The translations under genes were made by a program, and so were the position numbers. The notes under the pieces were generated by a model. The model had not been told where the DNA came from. It did no database searches and was given only the letters and a program-made list of their open reading frames with translations. Below, one piece after another: positions 1 through 8,771 of a DNA stretch of 32,000 nt (position 1 is the first letter of the stretch; the number at the start of each line of letters is the position of its first letter). This DNA is from Deinococcus sp. LM3 (GTDB lineage: Bacteria > Deinococcota > Deinococci > Deinococcales > Deinococcaceae), in contig NZ_MUFV01000005.1 in assembly GCF_002017875.1 (NCBI RefSeq), positions 75,437 to 107,436 of the forward strand, in the 5' to 3' direction.

Positions 1-1057
1 GCTTGCGAGTATTCACCATGAATTTCTCGTCGGCCGGGACGTTCATGATGCGGCGCATCTCGCCTGTTCCGGCGTAATGGGCGAGGACGTTATCGTCCAC
101 GCGCTGAAGGGCCGCGCCTATAAGGTAGAAGCGCGTCTTGATTTCCAGGCTGACGCGACCGTGGACGGGACGCATGATCGCCTCGACGTACCGGACGTTC
201 TTCAGGTCGTTCGGTGACAGGAAGTAGTGCCGGCGCAGCTGCTCGGCACTGATGACGCGGTCCACCTGGAGGTCTGTTTTGAACTGCTCGATGCGGTCGG
301 CGCGGCGCTCTCCCAGGAGGGTGAGCGTCTGCTCCGGGAACAGGCCAGGGTGCTTCCGGACGAACATGTCCCGGATGATGGGCGTGAGGGCGGGACCGGC
401 GTACTCTTCGGAACTGCCCGGGTTGAAGGTGGTGAGCTGGGCGCGCTCACCGCTGCCGCCGCCGGGCAGGTACGAGATGACGGTGAGCATGGAAGCGTGC
501 GTCTGCGCCAGACCCTGCCCGCGGGACGGAGAAGGCGTGAACAGGATCACGCGGAACCGGTGGGCGAGCGCGGAGGATTTCAGGCGTGTGACGAGACGCT
601 CGGTGGTGGTTCGGCTGAGGCCTCCGCCGGTGATGGCACCGCCGACAAGCGCGGCGCCCTGGGGGGTGATCATCGGGGACAGGTTCAGATTCCCGATGAA
701 CGGTTTCAGGACTGCTCTGGTGTCGTCGTCTACCGGGAGGTACCCGTAGTCCTCCATGCACAGGCGCAGGTACGCCCGGTCGAGGTGGCGCTGCGGCGCG
801 ACGTTCGTTCCCGCGGCGTTCCGGAAGAGCACCTGACGGCCGGTGAGGGAGAGCAGGTGCAGCGTGCCGATCACGGTTCGGACAGACACGAGAACACCCG
901 CTTTGAGGAGGTCCTGGTACCTCGGGCAACGCAGGCGGGCTTCCCGTTCCGTCCACGCACCCTCGTAGTCGTAAAGGTCTTCGAGTGCCTTGCGCTCGTC
1001 GGGCGTGAAGGCCAGCGAGACGCTGAGCCGGTTGATGGCGGCGGGGATTTTTCCCAT
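1..1057 (-). CDS. Hypothetical plasmid protein; the 3' end runs off the left window edge (at least 352 codons)
   Basis: Manual translation of the minus strand from the ATG at 1057..1055 gives MGKIPAAINRLSVSLAFTPDERKALEDLYDYEGAWTEREARL... with no stop codon down to base 1. A GAGGAG Shine-Dalgarno sequence lies just upstream (reverse complement of 1063-1070). It is missing from the ORF track because there is no in-window stop. The track ORFs 227..1117(+) and 447..1073(-) are its shadow frames. Confidence 0.6.
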   Translation of the reverse strand, partial: MGKIPAAINRLSVSLAFTPDERKALEDLYDYEGAWTEREARLRCPRYQDLLKAGVLVSVRTVIGTLHLLSLTGRQVLFRNAAGTNVAPQRHLDRAYLRLCMEDYGYLPVDDDTRAVLKPFIGNLNLSPMITPQGAALVGGAITGGGLSRTTTERLVTRLKSSALAHRFRVILFTPSPSRGQGLAQTHASMLTVISYLPGGGSGERAQLTTFNPGSSEEYAGPALTPIIRDMFVRKHPGLFPEQTLTLLGERRADRIEQFKTDLQVDRVISAEQLRRHYFLSPNDLKNVRYVEAIMRPVHGRVSLEIKTRFYLIGAALQRVDDNVLAHYAGTGEMRRIMNVPADEKFMVNTRK

Positions 1058-1123
1058 GGGTCTGACTCCTCATGGCGCGCGGGAGGCCTCACAGGGACCT
1101 CCCGCGTACCTCGTTGACGGTGG

Positions 1124-1771
1124 TTACTTGCTGGTCGTGGGCGTATCTTTGGGGGCCTTCTCCGACCTGGCAGTTCCGGACTTCTGATCGGCTTTCGAGC
1201 TGGTGTTTGACGTGGCTTTCCGCTTGGGTTTCGGCTTGGGTTTGCGGGCGGATGCGGCGGCCGTGACGGTGCGTTCCGGCAGATTCTGCGTGGCCGCCAT
1301 GCGGCGGATCGCAGCCAGTCGCGCGAAGTCCAGTTCACCCTTCATGATCTGCTCCTCGGTGACCTGCACAGGGCCGCCGCCACGGATCAGGGCGTAGGTA
1401 CTTTCAGTGGTCTGCTGAGCCAGCCAGGCGTGAACCTGCGGCGTGTCCAGAATCAGTTCCTCATGGCCTTCGAAATCGAGTTCCTCGCCGTTCGCGTCGA
1501 CGTACGGGAGGCTGAATTCTTCGATGATCGTGGCGGCCTGAATGACGCCTTCGTGAATGGCGCGGCTGAACTCCGTGATGGGTTTCAGGCGCTGCTGGGT
1601 GGGGATGGCGCCGAGCAGCTCACTCCAGCGGACGAGCGTAGGCGTGACAGGCGGCGGAGCGTCACCGGACGCGGGGCTGGGTGGCGCGCCGAGTTGATCG
1701 AGTGCGGACGCGATCTCGCCGGGCTGGAAGTCTGGGCCGGTGGGGGGTTCCTGGAGAGGGGTATGGGACAT
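1124..1771 (-). CDS. Hypothetical protein with a Lys-rich basic C-terminal tail
   Basis: 215-aa ORF with a strong SD (AAGGAGG) 8 nt upstream of the ATG at 1771. It is co-directional with the downstream gene at 1057. No motif recognised. Confidence 0.6.
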   Translation of the reverse strand: MSHTPLQEPPTGPDFQPGEIASALDQLGAPPSPASGDAPPPVTPTLVRWSELLGAIPTQQRLKPITEFSRAIHEGVIQAATIIEEFSLPYVDANGEELDFEGHEELILDTPQVHAWLAQQTTESTYALIRGGGPVQVTEEQIMKGELDFARLAAIRRMAATQNLPERTVTAAASARKPKPKPKRKATSNTSSKADQKSGTARSEKAPKDTPTTSK

Positions 1772-1975
1772 AGTGGTGACCTCCTTTGACGTTTGGGAGC
1801 CATCTGGCGCCTTGGTCTCAGTGTGTGTGCACGTTGGGTTTATGAGTTCTAAGTTAAGATTTTTATAACACCACGCCCAATTGGGAATCCCCTATTCAGG
1901 CCACCTCATCAGACAGGCGACGTCACGTGCAGGACAACCTAAAACCCTCCGCCAGCGCCGGGCAAATGCACCTCG

Positions 1976-2109
1976 TACGGATTCCGTTTGTTTCGCCAAC
2001 AATCCGGAACTTCACCGGATTGCCGGCTTCACTTCCGGAACCCGTTTTTCTCCCACTCGCTTCGCTCGGATTGGACGGGCTTTGCAGCCCATTCAATCGG
2101 AGTCGGTAT
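1976..2109 (+). repeat. 134-bp MITE-like small noncoding repeat, copy A
   Basis: About 93% identical to the reverse complement of 20079..20212. The ends tacggattccg and cggagtcggta form imperfect 11-bp terminal inverted repeats (9/11). It lies in the intergenic region downstream of the rep-like gene. Confidence 0.75.
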
Positions 2110-2163
2110 CAGACAAGCGTTGCAGCCGCTATTGGTCACAGACACACAGCGAACCGGTCAGGA

Positions 2164-3786
2164 TCAGTCGTCCGCCACCTGCTGGGGGGTGAAGGTGTAC
2201 TTGACGTGGCTGGTGCTGAACTTCGCGATTCTCATGCTCTCGCCACTGTCGAGGTAGACGGTCGGGCCGTCGATACGCTCAATGCGGACCAGGGTGCCGC
2301 TCGCCTTGTGCCGCCAGATCTTCCCGGCCGCCAGGGCGCCCTCGGCCTCGATGGCCGCGTCGACCGGCGCGTCCGCCTGGACCGGGGCGGGGCGGGCACC
2401 TTCATTCTTCACGTCGTACGCGTGACCCAGGGCCGGCTGCGGGGTCGGGGATCTCTGGCCGGAGAGGGCCTCGGCCGTGAAGGCCTTGCCGAGCAGGCGG
2501 TCCAGGGCGTAGTACCCGGCGTTCGGCATGCCGCCGGGAATGCGGGGGGCGTCGTGCGACGCGGCCTTCGCGGCGCGGTCCAGTTCGGCGTCCGTCAGGC
2601 GGGGCAGCAGATGGCGGTGCGTGCCGGGCAGGGCCAGCTGCTCACGCAGGTGCCCGAGGCGCTTGGCGCTGCTGGCCTGCATCAGGGCCCGCAGGACCTT
2701 CAGGCCCTCCGGATCCCGGGGGGGCCGCGCCTGCAGGTCCGCGAGTGGAATGGGTTCCAGAGCCAGGATCGCCCAGCCCTGGGCACCGGGGTTTTCCACA
2801 GGGGCCGCGGCGGCCGGCGGAACATCTTCAACACCTTCGGCTGTGCCTGATTCCCCGCCTTCCATGCCAGACCCGACCAGTTGATCCAGGAGCAGGTCCT
2901 CGCCCTCTTCGGCGTCCGTGTCTTCAGGCAGGCCTTCAGTGGTTCCGCCGTCAGGCGAAAAGTCATCATCCTGCGCCCTGACTGACTCAATCCAGTCAGG
3001 AATGATGGATGATTTTTTCTCTGTCTGAATCTCTGTCGGCTTCTCGGCAGGCATCTGTGCTGGAGTCTCTGTATATGTAATTGTCAAATCGGTAATTCCG
3101 TTATTACCGTCCCGGTAATCCGGTCTTTGACCGTTTGGTAATTCCGTTATTACCCTTTTGGTAGTTTGGTTATTATCAAAAGAGTAATAACCAGCTGCTC
3201 CGACTCCAGTTTCGCCGGCAGAGTTGGCCAGTTGAGCATCAACCTCATCAGAGGCTCTGGCGGCCTCATCAACCTGCGCTTTGCGACGGTTCCCAGAGGT
3301 GGGCTTGCTGCCCTTCTTGTGGATCAGTTCGCGCCTCGCTTTTGGCCTCACTCGGCCCGCTTGGCGTTCTTGCAGCGGCATCTGAAGTATCTGCTTCCAC
3401 AATTCAGCGAATCGGTCCTCATTAATGCTGAAGTGGACGGTGGGGACCCCCGCATATTTTTTGATTTTGAGCGTCACGATACCAAGGCTCTCCAAAGTCC
3501 GACGAGCACCAACCGCCTCCTTAGCTGTCAAACGGATCTCGGACCACCAAGCCTTGTCAGATTTCGCCAGCCAGAGCCGCCCCTCGTGCGATATCGTCAA
3601 TCGGGTGTCATTGTCACCCCGATTCTTCCGGGGCAGCCGCCAATACATTATCTGGCTGAGCATCAATCCGGCTTTAAGGTCGCCCGCCATGTCGACGTAA
3701 AGCCTCTTAAAATCGATAGCATCATTCGTTGTGCGCTCCCAAGCTACGTAGGCTTGGAAGTCGGCAGTTGGTTCTATCGTGCTCAC
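2164..3786 (-). CDS. Putative plasmid replication-initiator-like protein (N-terminal winged-helix-like region, low-complexity acidic linker, C-terminal small domain)
   Basis: 540-aa ORF with a GTG start at 3786. The N-terminus (AIDFKRLYVDMAGDLKAGLMLSQIMYWRLP...GARRTLESLGIVTLKIKK) resembles wHTH replication or replisome-organizer proteins. It sits next to an AT-richer noncoding region and a par cassette, and carries embedded iteron-like repeats. The functional call is an inference. Confidence 0.45.
   Translation of the reverse strand: MSTIEPTADFQAYVAWERTTNDAIDFKRLYVDMAGDLKAGLMLSQIMYWRLPRKNRGDNDTRLTISHEGRLWLAKSDKAWWSEIRLTAKEAVGARRTLESLGIVTLKIKKYAGVPTVHFSINEDRFAELWKQILQMPLQERQAGRVRPKARRELIHKKGSKPTSGNRRKAQVDEAARASDEVDAQLANSAGETGVGAAGYYSFDNNQTTKRVITELPNGQRPDYRDGNNGITDLTITYTETPAQMPAEKPTEIQTEKKSSIIPDWIESVRAQDDDFSPDGGTTEGLPEDTDAEEGEDLLLDQLVGSGMEGGESGTAEGVEDVPPAAAAPVENPGAQGWAILALEPIPLADLQARPPRDPEGLKVLRALMQASSAKRLGHLREQLALPGTHRHLLPRLTDAELDRAAKAASHDAPRIPGGMPNAGYYALDRLLGKAFTAEALSGQRSPTPQPALGHAYDVKNEGARPAPVQADAPVDAAIEAEGALAAGKIWRHKASGTLVRIERIDGPTVYLDSGESMRIAKFSTSHVKYTFTPQQVADD
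3091..3177. repeat. Iteron-like array: four copies of an 18-bp motif (GGTAATTCCGTTATTACC and degenerate forms) at a 23-bp phase, inside the rep-like CDS
   Basis: Exact 18-mers at 3091..3108 and 3137..3154. Degenerate copies at 3114..3131 and 3160..3177 (14/18). The motif is itself palindromic (ggtaat/attacc arms). Local GC drops visibly. The two exact copies are read in different codon phases (GNNGIT versus VITELP). Confidence 0.6.
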
Positions 3787-4687
3787 AGTTTGTTCCCTGG
3801 TGTGTGGCGGGTGGCAGCATCCACTGGTTCTGTGTTGAGCAGTGCCAGCAGAGTGCGTAGCCGAAGCAGCCGCCAGCTGCTATGTGAGCGGTCATGTATG
3901 TGACGAGCCCCCACCGGACGGGGTTCTACATGGTTATTCGCGGGCTCTGCTTTTTGCGTGAAGGACCACTCCATAAGTTCAGAAAGTGCCGAAAAGCAAA
4001 TCGTCAAAAATCTCGTCTGGGTGCGGAATAACGACATACGTATATGGTTGTGTGCGATTGGGTTTCAAGACAATTCTGAGTCAAGTAGGCTATAAAATTC
4101 CGTCCCTAAATATCGGACAGCTCCTGGCTCACATTGTCTTTTCCTCCGACTCTGCCTGCAAATCCAGGAGACAGGCCGCAATGCGGCTGATCTCACTGAC
4201 GCGGCTCACATGAGATCCCGTCAACCACATGGGCCAGTCTTTTCAATCAGGCCGGTCAATAAAGAATGTGCCGACTATATCCCGAAACCGTAGATACGGA
4301 TTGCCCCTCTGCAGGGGAACGCGAGTAGCACAGACCGGTTAGCCAAGAAAAACACTGACAGATTGTGAGCATAGACTCGCGGCTCAGTGTGAATCTGGGC
4401 CATGAAGTTGACAATCTCCAAATTTGTCAACGAACTCGATGGAAGCAGCAATACTCGTCAGTACCCACGTGACGCCAAACGGACGGGTTTCCCACGCCTC
4501 ACGGGCAGCCGCCAACAAGTTGTTCAGCCGGCTGGCGTCTGATCTGCTTCTGCCGCATTCAACGGCATCTGTGTTCCCGAATATCTCTTCTTAACTTCCT
4601 CCCTTCAAGAAAAGAAAGTGCAGAGATGCCGACAGTCGAGTCAGGTAGGTTCCTGAACTCTGACATGTGGGCAGAGCAGATCAGAAA

Positions 4688-5072
4688 GGGTGCGGTTCAG
4701 GTGTGCTGATGGGTTTCCAAGTCAAGCGATTCCGGAAGAGCAGTCTCCGCGAGTCCTTCCTGCTGACTTTCGAGAAGCCGATCAGTGTCAGTCTGCGGAA
4801 CTTCTCGTAGCCACTGCATCTGTTTGCGATTGGCGTGGTCGTGGCAGCTCATCAGATACGGTCGTGACCGCGTTTGTCGGTACATGTTGCTTCACATGAG
4901 TGCCCCAAACAGCGCAATCCGAAATCGTGTTTTTTAACGAATAGGAACTTTTTTGGGCTCTTTTTCTGCAGATTCCGGTGAAAAATCGCGAAAACGCTGT
5001 TCTGGCGGGCCTTCTAGGGCCACCTGACAGGAAGGATAGGAAAGGGGCTGCGGGATCCGTGGTGTGCAGGAG
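4688..5072. repeat. Tandem direct repeat, unit 1 (385 bp)
   Basis: Starts gggtgcggttcaggtgtgctgatggg. By eye it aligns over its full length to 5073..5450 at roughly 93-95% identity. Confidence 0.85.
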
Positions 5073-5450
5073 GGGTGCGGTTCAGGTGTGCTGATGGGTT
5101 TCCAAGTCAAGCGATTCCGGAAGAGCAGTCTCCGCGGGCCCTTCCCGCTGACTTTCGGGAAGCCGGTCAGTGTCAGTCTGCGGAACTTCTCGTAGCCACT
5201 GCATCTGTTTGCGATTCGCGCGGTCGTGGCAGCTCATCAGATACGATCGTGACCGCGTTTGTCAGTACATGATGCCTCACATGAGTGCCCCAAACAGCGC
5301 AATCCGAAGTCGTGTTTTTCGACAAAGATGCACTTTTTTGGGCTCTTTTTCTGCGAATTCCGGTGAAAAATCGCGAAAACGCTGTTCTGGCGGGTCTTCT
5401 AGGGCGGCCTTACAGGAAGGCCAGGAAGGGGGCGGCGGGAACTGTGGGGG
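5073..5450. repeat. Tandem direct repeat, unit 2
   Basis: Second head-to-tail copy, with a period of exactly 385 bp (4688 to 5073). Similarity decays after about 5450. Confidence 0.85.
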
Positions 5451-5771
5451 GGTCTTGGGTGCTGCTTAAGGAAAAGATTGAGTTGACACTAATATTCCTT
5501 AGTGTGAAATTTATCTCCTATGGACGGTCAGTTCGCTGCTGAGCCGGCACCCATCCACCGGACTGGAAACGCCTCACCTGAGATGGGCTCCCTTCCGTCC
5601 CAGTCAGGTTCGCAGTCCGCTCCACGTCCGAATTGCAGGTCCCACGGGGCCGGCTACAGCGTAAGCAGGATCTCAGCAATCCGTACCCCCATCAGGGGTT
5701 TTCCCGAACGAGTGGCATGAGCACTTCACCGGGTGCCGGTCCTCTCTCACCACATTGCCTCCAGATCTTCC

Positions 5772-5802
5772 ATTCGCTGTTCGCGATTCGCGAACAGCGA
5801 AT
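5772..5802. promoter_or_regulatory. 31-bp perfect palindrome (15+1+15), candidate operator of the TA-like pair
   Basis: attcgctgttcgcga t tcgcgaacagcgaat, ending 11 nt before the ATG at 5814. Confidence 0.55.
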
Positions 5803-5813
5803 ATACTGAGACC

Positions 5814-6323
5814 ATGCTCAAACCCCAGGATCTTCTGATTCTCCTCAAGCTCCTTCAGTCGGGGTATACCTCGCACGCGCAGCTTTCAGGAAGCCTGGGC
5901 ATGAGCTCGTCCGAAGTGCACGCCGGACTCAAACGACTCAAGCAGTCCCGACTCGTCAAGAGCGACGTCTCCCCCATCCGGTCAGCCGTCCGTGAGGTTC
6001 TCCGGTACGGTGTCCCCTATTTCCTCCCCGCCGTGCGGGGCGAACTCACCCGCGGCATGCCGACCGCCTACGCCGCGCCACCACTGAACGCCCATATCGC
6101 TCAGGGCAGCGACCCGCCCCCCATCTGGCCCGACCCTGAAGGCACCGTCCGTGGTCAAGCCCTGGCCCCCCTCTACCGCTCGGTGCCCTTCGCCGCCCGT
6201 CAGGACCCAGCACTCTACGAATGGCTCGCGCTGGTCGATGCCCTGCGGAGCGGAAGCACCCGCGAACGCCAGTTGGCCGGCAAGCTTCTGGACGAGCGCC
6301 TGCAGATCCCGGTCGTGTCATGA
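5814..6323 (+). CDS. Winged-helix DNA-binding protein, AbiEi-like antitoxin candidate
   Basis: In-frame ATG at 5814 within track ORF 5733..6323. The N-terminus MLKPQDLLILLKLLQSGYTSHAQLSGSLGMSSSEVHAGLKRLKQSRLV is a MarR/wHTH-like pattern. Its stop overlaps the downstream start (ATGA at 6320-6323). Confidence 0.55.
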   Translation: MLKPQDLLILLKLLQSGYTSHAQLSGSLGMSSSEVHAGLKRLKQSRLVKSDVSPIRSAVREVLRYGVPYFLPAVRGELTRGMPTAYAAPPLNAHIAQGSDPPPIWPDPEGTVRGQALAPLYRSVPFAARQDPALYEWLALVDALRSGSTRERQLAGKLLDERLQIPVVS

Positions 6324-7027
6324 GCAGCGCAGCGAACATTGAGCGGCTCACCGAGACTGTGCGCCGCCTCGGTCCACTCGCGCAGCAGATGGTCTTCGTC
6401 GGCGGCAGTACCACCGCCCTCTTCATCACCGACGCCGCAGCCGCTGACGTGCGCGAAACCCTGGATATCGACGCCATCGTCAAGATCACCCGGGCCGGGT
6501 ACAACCGGTTGACCGAGTCACTGAACGGGCAGGGCTTCTTCGAGGACACGACTGAAGGCGCACCGATCTGCCGGTTCCGCAACGGCGATCTGATCCTCGA
6601 TGTGATGCCAACCGACGAGCAGGTGCTGGGCTTCAGTAACCCCTGGTACCTCCCCGCGATGGAGCACGCCGAGACCCTGAACCTGGCGGACGGTCTCCAG
6701 GTGCGAACCATCACGGCCCCCTATTTCCTCGCTACCAAACTGGTGGCCTTCGAGGGCCGCGGTGAGGGTGAGTACGGCCTCAGCCATGACATCAGCGACG
6801 TCGTCTCTGTCCTTGATGGGCGGCCTGAAGTGGTCGACGAGGTCAGGCAGAGTGACCGTGAGCTCAAGGCGTTTCTGGCTCAGGCGGCCCGCGAACTGCT
6901 GGTGACCCCCGCATTTACGGACACCATCTCCTATCACCTGCTGCCCGACCCGGCGAGTCAAGCCCGGGAAGGGCTGATCTTGAAGCGTCTGGAACTTCTT
7001 GCAGCAGCCGATCAGCAGGATTCCTGA
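6320..7027 (+). CDS. Nucleotidyltransferase-fold protein, AbiEii-like toxin candidate
   Basis: In-frame ATG at 6320 (MSSAANIERL...). The motif FVGGSTTALFITDAAAADVRETLDIDAIV fits the GG...R.T.DiD pattern of AbiEii/DUF1814-type nucleotidyltransferases. Translationally coupled to the wHTH gene. Confidence 0.55.
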   Translation: MSSAANIERLTETVRRLGPLAQQMVFVGGSTTALFITDAAAADVRETLDIDAIVKITRAGYNRLTESLNGQGFFEDTTEGAPICRFRNGDLILDVMPTDEQVLGFSNPWYLPAMEHAETLNLADGLQVRTITAPYFLATKLVAFEGRGEGEYGLSHDISDVVSVLDGRPEVVDEVRQSDRELKAFLAQAARELLVTPAFTDTISYHLLPDPASQAREGLILKRLELLAAADQQDS

Positions 7028-7298
7028 AAGCTCCTGGGACGCTTCGGGCAACCGCACACCGATGAGGTTGCTGAGCCGTAAGTGCCCTGAGCCCTGATCA
7101 TCCTGGAATGTTGGGATGAACAAGAGTTGCTCTACATTCAAGTCAGCCATGACCTGCTGGGAGTCCACGTCACATCCAAGGCCAGCCGTACCGGGATCTG
7201 GTGTCCAGAACGGCGTGGAAGGGGTTCGGATCAGCAATCCATCAGACAGGAAAGTGAACTTGATTTCGCTCATGACAGAAATCCAGAGGGAAATCATT

Positions 7299-7342
7299 CT
7301 TTCATGCCTACTTTCATGATGCATTGAAAGATAACTTTCAAG
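7299..7342. promoter_or_regulatory. Cluster of CTTTCA(T/A)G motifs upstream of parA (candidate partition site or operator)
   Basis: ctttcatg at 7299 and 7311, inverted ttgaaag at 7324..7330, and ctttcaag at 7335. These are followed by a small hairpin ccgtct-gttg-agacgg at 7359..7374, just before the parA start. Confidence 0.3.
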
Positions 7343-7375
7343 CCTGATTGTTGTCTTTCCGTCTGTTGAGACGGC

Positions 7376-8047
7376 ATGATGGCAGGCATGTCAGCCAGAA
7401 TGTCTCCTGTCGTGATCAGCGCCGTCATGAAGAAGGGCGGTGCCGGGAAAACCTCGACCATCGTGCCCCTGGCCAGTTTCGCTGCGCAGTCCGGGGCCCG
7501 CGTGGCCCTGATCGACATGGACAGCACGCCGAGCGCCCATCAGTGGTTCACGGCGGCTGAACTGGGCAGCGAGACGTTCGCCTGTGACCGCATCACGGCG
7601 GACGAGCTCGATCCGCTGCTGCGGGATATCCGGGAGAGCAGCGCCTTTGATTTCGTGTTCATCGACACGCCCCCCGGGGATAAGCACGGCATCGTGCAGG
7701 CCATGAGTGAGAGTGACCTGGTGCTGATGCCCCTGCACATCGGGTCAGGGGACGTACCCCAGTTGGTCGAGACGTACCACCTGATGCGCCTGCCACTGCG
7801 GGCCAATCCGAAGTTGCATCACCTGATCGTCGTGAACCACGCAGGGACGATGCCAGCGGTGACGCGCGACACGATCAGTGCCATCCAGACTGAACTGCCG
7901 GACGCACAGATCGCGGCCGCCACCATTCCGTACAGCAAGCAGTACGCCCTGGCAAAAGGCAACCGCCCGGACCGCGTGAAGTGGTGGCATTACGACAAGT
8001 TGTGGAAGGAGATTCAGACCCTGCTGCCGCAGGAGGTGCCCGCATGA
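7376..8047 (+). CDS. parA: ParA-family partition ATPase
   Basis: Deviant Walker A motif VMKKGGAGKTST, followed by ALIDMDSTP and FVFIDTPPG. Several candidate ATG starts lie between 7376 and 7403. The stop overlaps the next start (ATGA at 8044-8047). Confidence 0.85.
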   Translation: MMAGMSARMSPVVISAVMKKGGAGKTSTIVPLASFAAQSGARVALIDMDSTPSAHQWFTAAELGSETFACDRITADELDPLLRDIRESSAFDFVFIDTPPGDKHGIVQAMSESDLVLMPLHIGSGDVPQLVETYHLMRLPLRANPKLHHLIVVNHAGTMPAVTRDTISAIQTELPDAQIAAATIPYSKQYALAKGNRPDRVKWWHYDKLWKEIQTLLPQEVPA

Positions 8048-8394
8048 GCAGCATCCGCAAGATGATGGGGCAGGCCGAACCGCAACCGGAAACCCCTCCG
8101 CTGCGCACGGCGCCCCAGACACCAGAGCTGAAAGAACAGCCCACACCACCCATCACTGAAGGGCCGCGCCGGTTGAACCTGCCGCCAGTCGCCCCGCCCG
8201 AAGAACGCAAGCCGCTGAGCACCCGCGTGAAACCCAGCTTGAAAAAGGCGCTGGAGGACTACACCAAAGAGATCCGGGACGCGGGGTTCAACGTCACGCA
8301 GGAGATGGTACTGGACGTGCTTCTACGTGAGTTGCGGGACAGTGAGGGGTTACGAGAGAAGGTGGCTGCGGTCCTCGTCGCTGAGCAGAAGTGA
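8044..8394 (+). CDS. Small partition partner / centromere-binding protein candidate (ParG- or ParB-like adaptor)
   Basis: 116 aa from the in-frame ATG at 8044 (MSSIRKMMGQ...). It has a Pro-rich disordered N-terminus and a C-terminal region (KPLSTRVKPSLKKALEDYTKEIRDAG) compatible with a ribbon-helix-helix fold. Coupled to parA. Confidence 0.5.
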   Translation: MSSIRKMMGQAEPQPETPPLRTAPQTPELKEQPTPPITEGPRRLNLPPVAPPEERKPLSTRVKPSLKKALEDYTKEIRDAGFNVTQEMVLDVLLRELRDSEGLREKVAAVLVAEQK

Positions 8395-8490
8395 CCAGAG
8401 GAGAGGAGGCCCGCCCTTGTCGCCCTTCCCGGTCAATCTTGTCTTAACCAGAGTAGATTTCGTCGGGTACTGAGGAACCGGAGACTACAA

Positions 8491-8739
8491 CTACCCGTTT
8501 CCGCGTAACAGATCTTGCATGGATAGCTTAAGTGCAGTAGTCAGTCGCAGGAGAGTTGTGAACTGCGGGTCGTACTGCGCACTTTCGATTTTGCTGATGT
8601 GGCTTCGCGAGAGGTTGGCACGGGCGGCAAGTTCTTCCTGACTGTATCCAGAGTTTTGACGTGCCTGCCGGATCTGAGCCGCCATCCACTCCAACGCCTG
8701 TTGTTCATGGGCTTGGTAGGTTCGAGGTGTGCGGGCCAT
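8491..8739 (-). CDS. XRE-family helix-turn-helix regulator (controller-protein-like)
   Basis: 82 aa. YSQEELAARANLSRSHISKIESAQYDPQFTTLLRLTTAL is a classic Cro/C1 HTH_3 pattern. It is divergent from the TGT-like operon. Confidence 0.85.
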   Translation of the reverse strand: MARTPRTYQAHEQQALEWMAAQIRQARQNSGYSQEELAARANLSRSHISKIESAQYDPQFTTLLRLTTALKLSMQDLLRGNG

Positions 8740-8771
8740 TCCACCTACAGTGCAAGAGTTGATCTGACTGT

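Noticed and set aside
227-1117. 296-aa plus-strand ORF. The 208-aa minus-strand ORF at 447..1073 and the 165-aa ORF at 252..749 cover the same bases.
   Set aside because: They have Arg/Gly/Pro-rich, low-information sequences typical of off-frame translation in GC-rich DNA. A clean minus-strand frame with an SD (1057 down to 1) explains the region.
1927-2850. 307-aa plus-strand ORF
   Set aside because: It starts inside the MITE-like repeat and then runs antisense to the rep-like gene. Its composition is Gly/Arg/Ala-rich and no motif is present.
5520-5745. Possible structured RNA upstream of the TA pair (ccggcaccc at about 5545 is complementary to gggtgccgg at about 5732)
   Set aside because: There is only one 9-nt long-range complementarity. 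I could not build a consistent multi-stem structure by eye, and I recognised no known RNA family signature.
6518-7324. 268-aa minus-strand ORF, including a plausible-looking N-terminal part (MSEIKFTFLSDGLL...) in the 7028-7273 spacer
   Set aside because: There is no stop until 6518, so most of it is antisense to the well-supported nucleotidyltransferase gene. I found no SD. The spacer is better explained as the parA promoter and centromere region.
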